Source: a bacterium (GTDB lineage Bacteria; UBA8248; JACPRG01; G963555815). From it: DNA of 64,000 nucleotides. The stretch is taken from positions 444,132 through 508,131 of the forward strand of contig CBDFMI010000006.1 of the NCBI GenBank assembly GCA_965249615.1. The letters run 5' to 3'. The notes below the pieces were generated by a model that was not told the origin of the DNA, ran no database searches, and worked only from the letters and a program-made list of their open reading frames with translations. A program made the translations under genes and the position numbers. Of this stretch, positions 56,810 to 64,000 are shown piece by piece (within the stretch, counting starts at the first letter, position 1; the number at the start of each line of letters is the position of its first letter).

Positions 56810-57394
56810 ATGTCCAGAACTTGGCGTAGTCGTGTCCCACTTCTGTCTGTTATTGGTCTGGCTGTCCTTGTGATAGGGTGCCCCAAGGCGCCTCCCGAAG
56901 CGACGCCACCGCCGGCTCATACCCCGCCGCCGAGTGAAGAGGTCCGTCGCCCGGAGCCGCATCGGCCTCCGGTACTGTCCCGGGTCGTTCCGGAAGAGGA
57001 TCGACGGAGGTTGGATCAGGCCCGAAGGGAGCGGGAGTTCCAGCTGGCCCTGTCGAACTTCGAGCGAACGCTCATCCAGTTTGACTTCGACCGATCTGAG
57101 ATCAAAGAGCGGTACAAGGGTGTCCTTCAGCAGAAAGCTGACTTTCTCAGGGCCCATCCCAATATCCGGGTTCAGATTGAAGGGCATGCCGATGAGCGCG
57201 GAACGGTCCAGTACAACCTGGCCCTGGGGGATCGGCGGGCAGAGAGCGCCAAGGCCTTTTTGGCGGCCCTGGGCATCGACGCCAACCGGCTCTCGACCAT
57301 CAGCTTTGGCGAGGAGCGGCCCCTTGACCCGTCTAAGAACGACGTGGCCTACACCAAGAACCGAAGGGCACGCCTTCTCGTGATTGGGCAGTAA
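56810..57394 (+). CDS. pal: Peptidoglycan-associated lipoprotein Pal (OmpA family)
   Basis: Lipobox LVIGC and OmpA-like FDFDRSEI...IEGHADERGT..YNLALGDRRA. Confidence 0.9.
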   Translation: MSRTWRSRVPLLSVIGLAVLVIGCPKAPPEATPPPAHTPPPSEEVRRPEPHRPPVLSRVVPEEDRRRLDQARREREFQLALSNFERTLIQFDFDRSEIKERYKGVLQQKADFLRAHPNIRVQIEGHADERGTVQYNLALGDRRAESAKAFLAALGIDANRLSTISFGEERPLDPSKNDVAYTKNRRARLLVIGQ

Positions 57395-57436
57395 GAGAAG
57401 GGCGTTTTTCGAGCAGACACCGCCGCTGAGGCTTGA

Positions 57437-58348
57437 ATGGTTCGCGCAACTTCATGGCGTCTGGCAGGTGCAGGCTTCTTCCTCCTGCTTGCCGGCTGCA
57501 TACCAATCGAAGAGGCTGAGGTCTTGCAGCGCGATATCAGGCGCCTTCAGGCGGACGTTGCGACCCTGAAGGACACTGAGGGCACAGAGGGGGGAAAGCG
57601 GACGGCCTCGCAAGAGGTGGAGACACTTCAAACGGAACTAAAGCGGTTGCAAGAAACTCAGGCCGATTTGGAGGCAAGGCTTCAGAGCGCGCTTCAGTCG
57701 ACGGCGACAGCCACCGGGGATGTCGAGGAGACCCAGTTCCTGGCCACCAAAACGGCCAGGGAGCTTGAGGAATTGAAGGGGGGCCTGCAAGGGCGTCTGG
57801 AAGCCCTGGAGAGGGACCTCCTCCTGGTCAAGAATAACCTAGGCTTCAGGTCGAGCGTCCCTCCCACAACACCAGCGGAGTCCCTGCCGTTTCCCCCTGT
57901 GGAGGGAGTCCCGCCCATTCTCCGCCTTGTTCCCGATTCGGGTCCAGCGGCTGTTGCCCCGATCCCGCCTCACATGTCTGAAGAAAGACGCCTTTATGAC
58001 GATGCCCTCGAACTGGCCCTGGGGGGCAACCTCTCCGAGGCGCGAAGGGAGCTTGAGGGCTTCCTGAGGCTCTTCCCGAAGTCTGAGTTCGCGGATGACG
58101 CCCAGTACTCCATCGGGGAGACTTACTTCACCGAGAGACGCTACGAAAAAGCGATCCTGGAATTTGACAAGGTCGTCATCAATTATGATACGGGAGACAG
58201 GCTCGCAAGCGCTCTACTCAAGCAGGGTTATGCCTTCCTCGCCCTGGGGGATGAGACCTCCGCAAGGCAACTGCTGACGCAGGTCATCGATCAACATCCT
58301 GACTCCTCCGAGGCGGAAGAGGCTCTGTCAAAGCTGGAAGACCTGTGA
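57437..58348 (+). CDS. cpoB: Tol-Pal system protein CpoB/YbgF (coiled-coil plus TPR)
   Basis: Lipobox-like LLAGC, a coiled-coil region and C-terminal TPR repeats (YSIGETYF...YEKAI). Confidence 0.8.
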   Translation: MVRATSWRLAGAGFFLLLAGCIPIEEAEVLQRDIRRLQADVATLKDTEGTEGGKRTASQEVETLQTELKRLQETQADLEARLQSALQSTATATGDVEETQFLATKTARELEELKGGLQGRLEALERDLLLVKNNLGFRSSVPPTTPAESLPFPPVEGVPPILRLVPDSGPAAVAPIPPHMSEERRLYDDALELALGGNLSEARRELEGFLRLFPKSEFADDAQYSIGETYFTERRYEKAILEFDKVVINYDTGDRLASALLKQGYAFLALGDETSARQLLTQVIDQHPDSSEAEEALSKLEDL

Positions 58349-58421
58349 TCCCCGGGGGCTCTTGGGTCTTCGCGCCCCCGGCGGCCCGGGAAATACCGCC
58401 TCTTCCCCGCTAAGGACTGCC

Positions 58422-61181
58422 ATGTGGCGCGCCAGACGCAAGCCACGCTGGGGACGGCGACTGGCCGCCGCCTTTGGGCTGCTGGTTGTTCTCCTAGTCG
58501 TCCTTCTTTTTGCCCTTCCCGTTATCCTCCGCTTGGATGCCCTGCGTAACCGAATCGTTCAGGAGTTGAGCCAACAGCTTGCGCGACCGGTGAACGCCGA
58601 GGCTATGCGGTTCAGGATCTTCCCCTCCGCCCGGTTGGAACTGGAGGGGGTGAGCCTCCTGGACCCACCCGACTTCGGCGGCCAACCGGCCCTGACAGCA
58701 CGAAGCCTAGGCGCCCACCTTCGGCTCTTTCCTTTATTGCAACGTCGGCTGGAGATCACAAGCATCGATCTGAGGAAGCCGGTGATCACCCTTCGCCGCG
58801 TTCCGGGTGGGGGGTACAACCTTTTCGGGCCGGCCCCCGCAGGGGAAGAGGTGCCGCCTGGGGGAGGGGAGGAGTCGCCTCCCGCCGGACCCGGCCTCAC
58901 TCCCACCGAACCCGAGTCCCCCCTAGTCTCGCCTCTGGCGGGCCTCCTGATTGCCCGCCTCGGAGTGCGCGATGGGGAATTTCGCCTGGAGCCCGAGATC
59001 GGGAGGACTGAGGCCTTCGCGCTCAAGGGGGTTGATATTGACTTCAGCCAGCCAGCCTTGGGTTCAACGGTAGAGTTCCGCATGAGGGTCCGAGAGCCAA
59101 ACCTCCAATTCACCGCTGAGGCAGGGCCCTTTGAGGACTTTTCGACCTTCCCCACGACCTTCCCCGCGGAGGGAGAACTTCAAATCGGGGGGTTGAGTGT
59201 CGAGACCCTTCAGCCCCTCCTCGCGCGGACCTTTCGAAGGGCCCCCTTTGTCCCGACGGCGGGGAAGGTGGAAGGTGCCCTGCGCTTTATGGGAAACCCC
59301 TCTGAGACCCTTACCCTCCAGGGAGAGCTCTTTCTCTCCGGCCTCCAAGCCTCTTTCCTGGGGAAGCCGGTTCAACAGGCAAGGGGCGAAGAGTTCCGCA
59401 TCCTTCCCAGAATAGAGCTTCAAATTTCGGAGAGTCCAAGCTTGAACGCCGAGGTAGACCTCTTTCCCAAGGCGGGCCGGTTGAAGCTCAGGGCCAAGGC
59501 CGAGGGTATTCACAGAAGCAGCCATTGGCAGGGGTCTCTGGATGGCCCGCAACTTATTCTGACCGAGCTCCTCCCCCTCCTTAAAGCCCTTGCGAGTCCT
59601 TCTTTGGATTCCCTCGAGGCGGATGGGTTCTCCTCTCTGAAGGCCTCCTTTGAGCGCTCGCAGACGGTCTCTACCTTTCACCTGGAGTGGGACGCCCTGG
59701 CGTCGGAGATCCGGTTCGGAGACTTTTTTGGAAAGGGCCGCGGAGTTCCCATGCGCCTTACGGCCGACGCCGTGCGAAAGGAGAACAGCCTGGAGGTCAA
59801 CCCGTTGAGGCTAAAGCTTCGACAGCTGGAGCTCGAGGGATCGCTGATCGCCGAAGCTTTTGGGTCGGGCCCATTACGCCTCAATGCCTCTTCGGGGAAT
59901 TTCCCCCTGGAGGGCCTCGATGAGCTGGTGCCGTTGCTCAAGGCCTATGCCCCGGCGGGCGAGGCCCGGCTGACGATTGCCGCCGTGGGTACCGCCGAAG
60001 AGATTGCCTCGGGAAGGCATCAGGCGGAGATCCTTCTGGAAAAGGCCGCCTTCAGTCTCCCGGGGTTCCCACACCGGGTCAGGGACCTGGAGGGGTTGAT
60101 CCTCGCATCCCTCGGATCTCTTCAACTCTCTGGACTGAAGGCGCTGATCGGGGAATCGGCCCTTGAGATCGAGGCCCAGCTGACGGATTGGAATTCGCCC
60201 CGACTGACTTTCGACGTGCGGGCCCCGCGATTCATCCTGGATGATCTTTTGCCGCCTAAGGGACCCCCCAGGGCGGTTTCGCGCCCTCCCCTCATCCAAA
60301 AGGCCGCCTGGTCTCTCTTCGCGCAGGCCCCGGAAGAAGTCCAGGAGCAGTCCTCCAAATCTTTTCCTCTACTGGCTCGGGCGGAGGCTGAGGGTTCCAT
60401 CCAGGTAGATGAGGGCGCAGCCTTTGGGACAATCTTCCAGAACCTCAAGTCCTCCGTTCAGCTTTCTGAAGGGGTGCTTCGGGCCGACGGGCTGAGGGCG
60501 GAGATCTACGGAGGGACCCTAGAGGGAGAGGGGGAGATGGAAGTGGGAGTTGACCGCCCCGCCTACAAGGCCCGAATTCAAGTTGACGACGCCCGGGTCG
60601 AGGCGCTTCTCGCAGCCTTCGGTGCCTCCAAGGCGCCTCTCGCGGGGCAATTTCGTCTCCAGGGAGATTTCGAGGGCCTGGGTTTCGGCAAAGAGGACAT
60701 AACGAACGGGCTTTCGGGCATGGGAGAGATCTCCCTGACTGATGGGGAGCTCTCCGGCGTTGGATTCCTGGAAGAATTGGAGGCGCTCCTCCAGGTGTCC
60801 GGCCTCTTCTCTGAAGAGGCCGGAAGGATTCGCTTTCGTTCACTTCAAGGCCCCTTCCATTTGGAAGAGGGGCGGCTTTCCTTGCCGGATATCGAGCTCG
60901 TGGCGGACAAGGTGACTCTCCGTGGCGAGGGCCACGTCGGCCTGGACGGGACAGTGGACCTTGAAGTGAGGGCCCTTTTCTCCGACTCGATGAGCCGTCG
61001 GCTCATCCGGGGGATACTGGGGCCCTTGTTCCCGGAGGGAGAGCGGGTCGAGGTGCCTTTCCGGGTGAAAGGCCCCCTTGACTCTCCTGCTGTGCGCCTG
61101 GACCCGGACTTCCTGAAAGAGCGTCTGGGGGAAGACCCCACGCGGGTGCTGGGTGACGTCCTGAAGAGGCTCCTTCGTTGA
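58422..61181 (+). CDS. AsmA-family outer-membrane biogenesis protein
   Basis: N-terminal anchor RRLAAAFGLLVVLLVVLLFALPVIL followed by a long beta-rich periplasmic region. ATG 58422 follows AAGGA. Confidence 0.7.
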   Translation: MWRARRKPRWGRRLAAAFGLLVVLLVVLLFALPVILRLDALRNRIVQELSQQLARPVNAEAMRFRIFPSARLELEGVSLLDPPDFGGQPALTARSLGAHLRLFPLLQRRLEITSIDLRKPVITLRRVPGGGYNLFGPAPAGEEVPPGGGEESPPAGPGLTPTEPESPLVSPLAGLLIARLGVRDGEFRLEPEIGRTEAFALKGVDIDFSQPALGSTVEFRMRVREPNLQFTAEAGPFEDFSTFPTTFPAEGELQIGGLSVETLQPLLARTFRRAPFVPTAGKVEGALRFMGNPSETLTLQGELFLSGLQASFLGKPVQQARGEEFRILPRIELQISESPSLNAEVDLFPKAGRLKLRAKAEGIHRSSHWQGSLDGPQLILTELLPLLKALASPSLDSLEADGFSSLKASFERSQTVSTFHLEWDALASEIRFGDFFGKGRGVPMRLTADAVRKENSLEVNPLRLKLRQLELEGSLIAEAFGSGPLRLNASSGNFPLEGLDELVPLLKAYAPAGEARLTIAAVGTAEEIASGRHQAEILLEKAAFSLPGFPHRVRDLEGLILASLGSLQLSGLKALIGESALEIEAQLTDWNSPRLTFDVRAPRFILDDLLPPKGPPRAVSRPPLIQKAAWSLFAQAPEEVQEQSSKSFPLLARAEAEGSIQVDEGAAFGTIFQNLKSSVQLSEGVLRADGLRAEIYGGTLEGEGEMEVGVDRPAYKARIQVDDARVEALLAAFGASKAPLAGQFRLQGDFEGLGFGKEDITNGLSGMGEISLTDGELSGVGFLEELEALLQVSGLFSEEAGRIRFRSLQGPFHLEEGRLSLPDIELVADKVTLRGEGHVGLDGTVDLEVRALFSDSMSRRLIRGILGPLFPEGERVEVPFRVKGPLDSPAVRLDPDFLKERLGEDPTRVLGDVLKRLLR

Positions 61182-61212
61182 GAACGAGATCTTTTTGGAG
61201 GGGTGGCTGAGA

Positions 61213-62424
61213 GTGACTCAGATCAAGCTCCCCGACGCCTTGGTGGTTAGCCAGACGTCCAAGATCGTCTTTCTCATCCTGGACGGGCTTGGGGACCTCC
61301 CCGATGGGCCTTCCGCGAAGACCCCTCTTGAGGCCGCCTGGACGCCGCACCTGGACGACCTTTGCGCCGCTGGTGTCTGCGGTCTCCTGGACCCTGTCTC
61401 ACCCGGTATCACACCCGGGAGCGGACCGGGCCATCTCGCCCTCTTTGGCTACGATCCGCTGGCTCATCAGGTGGGCCGGGGGGTCCTCTCCGCCCTGGGT
61501 CTTGATTTTCGTCTGGGGCCGGGGGATCTGGCCGCTCGCATGAATTTTGCGACGCTGGATAAGGCCGGAAATATCACGGACCGACGTGCCGGACGGATCG
61601 ACGACGACTTGAACCGGCGTCTGACCGACCTCCTCAACCAGGGAATCAAATTGGGAGAGGGGGTGCAGTGCTTTGTCCAGACGGAGAGGGAGCATCGGGC
61701 CCTGGTGGTCATTCGGGGGGATGGCCTCTCGGCCGAGGTGTCGGACACTGATCCCCAAAGGACCGGGGTGCCGCCCAGCCCCGCCCGGGCTAGCGGTTCC
61801 TCCGGGACCCGTTCGGCGGAGCTCGTCAACGCCTTTGTGGCCCAGGCAACTGAGCTCCTGCGGGAGCAACCCCGGGCGAACGGAGTCCTTTTGCGGGGGT
61901 TCGACACGCTGAGGCAGCTTCCCTCTATGAAGGAGAGATATGACCTTCGCTGCCTTGCCATCGCGGGATATCCCATGTACCGGGGCCTCGCCCGCCTGGT
62001 GGGCATGGAGGCTCACCCCGGTTCGTCAGACCTTGAGGAACAGATAAAAATTCTGGCTCAGAATTTTAAGGCCTTTGATTTCTTCTATCTCCACGTCAAG
62101 GCCACCGACCTCTTTGGAGAGGACGGAAATTTTGAAGGAAAGAGGCAAGCCATTGAAGCAGTAGATCGGGTGGTTCCACAGATTGTCGATCTCCGCCCAG
62201 ACGTCCTCGTCGTGACCGGGGACCACTCGACCCCGGCCTCCATGCGGGCTCATAGCTGGCACCCGGTCCCCGTCCTGCTCTGGGCAGCGAGATGCCGGCC
62301 CGATGAACTAAAGACCTTTGGAGAGCGGGCCTGTCTTCGGGGGGGGCTTGGCCGCCAACTCATGCGCCATCTCATGGCCCTTGCCCTCGCCCACGGGGGC
62401 CGCTTGGCCAAGTATGGGGCCTGA
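61213..62424 (+). CDS. apgM: Cofactor-independent phosphoglycerate mutase, archaeal type (ApgM)
   Basis: IVFLILDGLGD, TPGSGPGHLALFGYDP and VVTGDHSTP motifs. Start is GTG 61213 (after GGAGGGG) or TTG 61195. Confidence 0.85.
   Translation: MTQIKLPDALVVSQTSKIVFLILDGLGDLPDGPSAKTPLEAAWTPHLDDLCAAGVCGLLDPVSPGITPGSGPGHLALFGYDPLAHQVGRGVLSALGLDFRLGPGDLAARMNFATLDKAGNITDRRAGRIDDDLNRRLTDLLNQGIKLGEGVQCFVQTEREHRALVVIRGDGLSAEVSDTDPQRTGVPPSPARASGSSGTRSAELVNAFVAQATELLREQPRANGVLLRGFDTLRQLPSMKERYDLRCLAIAGYPMYRGLARLVGMEAHPGSSDLEEQIKILAQNFKAFDFFYLHVKATDLFGEDGNFEGKRQAIEAVDRVVPQIVDLRPDVLVVTGDHSTPASMRAHSWHPVPVLLWAARCRPDELKTFGERACLRGGLGRQLMRHLMALALAHGGRLAKYGA

Positions 62425-64000
<1,576 letters not shown>

Overview
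GC-rich 64 kb chromosomal segment from a diderm bacterium. A complete tolQRAB-pal-cpoB cluster is present. There is no rRNA or tRNA, so taxonomy cannot be assigned from this window. About 55 genes are supported. Housekeeping content: cspA, archaeal-type FBP aldolase/phosphatase, gcvH, sat-cysC, a 10-gene nuo operon (nuoABCDHJKLMN), dnaN, acpS, mreB, cvpA, pyk, tol-pal, an AsmA-family protein, archaeal-type apgM and the 5' part of ligA. The clearest accessory region is 7.6-19.2 kb. It is a co-directional, largely translationally coupled operon with five alkaline-phosphatase-superfamily paralogues (two membrane-anchored sulfatase-family, three soluble NPP-like), a UPF0104 flippase-like membrane protein and a GT4 glycosyltransferase, lying convergent to the PAPS-forming sat-cysC pair. 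Four of the AP-fold proteins and the APS kinase end in the same C-terminal tail, L-[KR]-x-LGY-[VILE]-[ED]. Other notable points: (1) a DsbA-like thioredoxin-fold gene with an in-frame TGA in a C-x-x-C-x-x-U context, followed 11 nt later by a SECIS-like hairpin, so a candidate selenoprotein that the ORF track splits; (2) a nuo operon lacking both nuoEFG and nuoI; (3) a double-domain ThyX-like protein; (4) a pentapeptide-TM-pentapeptide protein; (5) a 40-nt promoter-like element present twice (35/40 identical); (6) several conserved genes interrupted by in-frame stops or frameshifts (TAA, TAG, two frameshifts), which indicates either pseudogenes or assembly errors. No transposases, integrases, CRISPR arrays or RNA genes were seen. 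Many long ORFs in the track are antisense artefacts of high GC.
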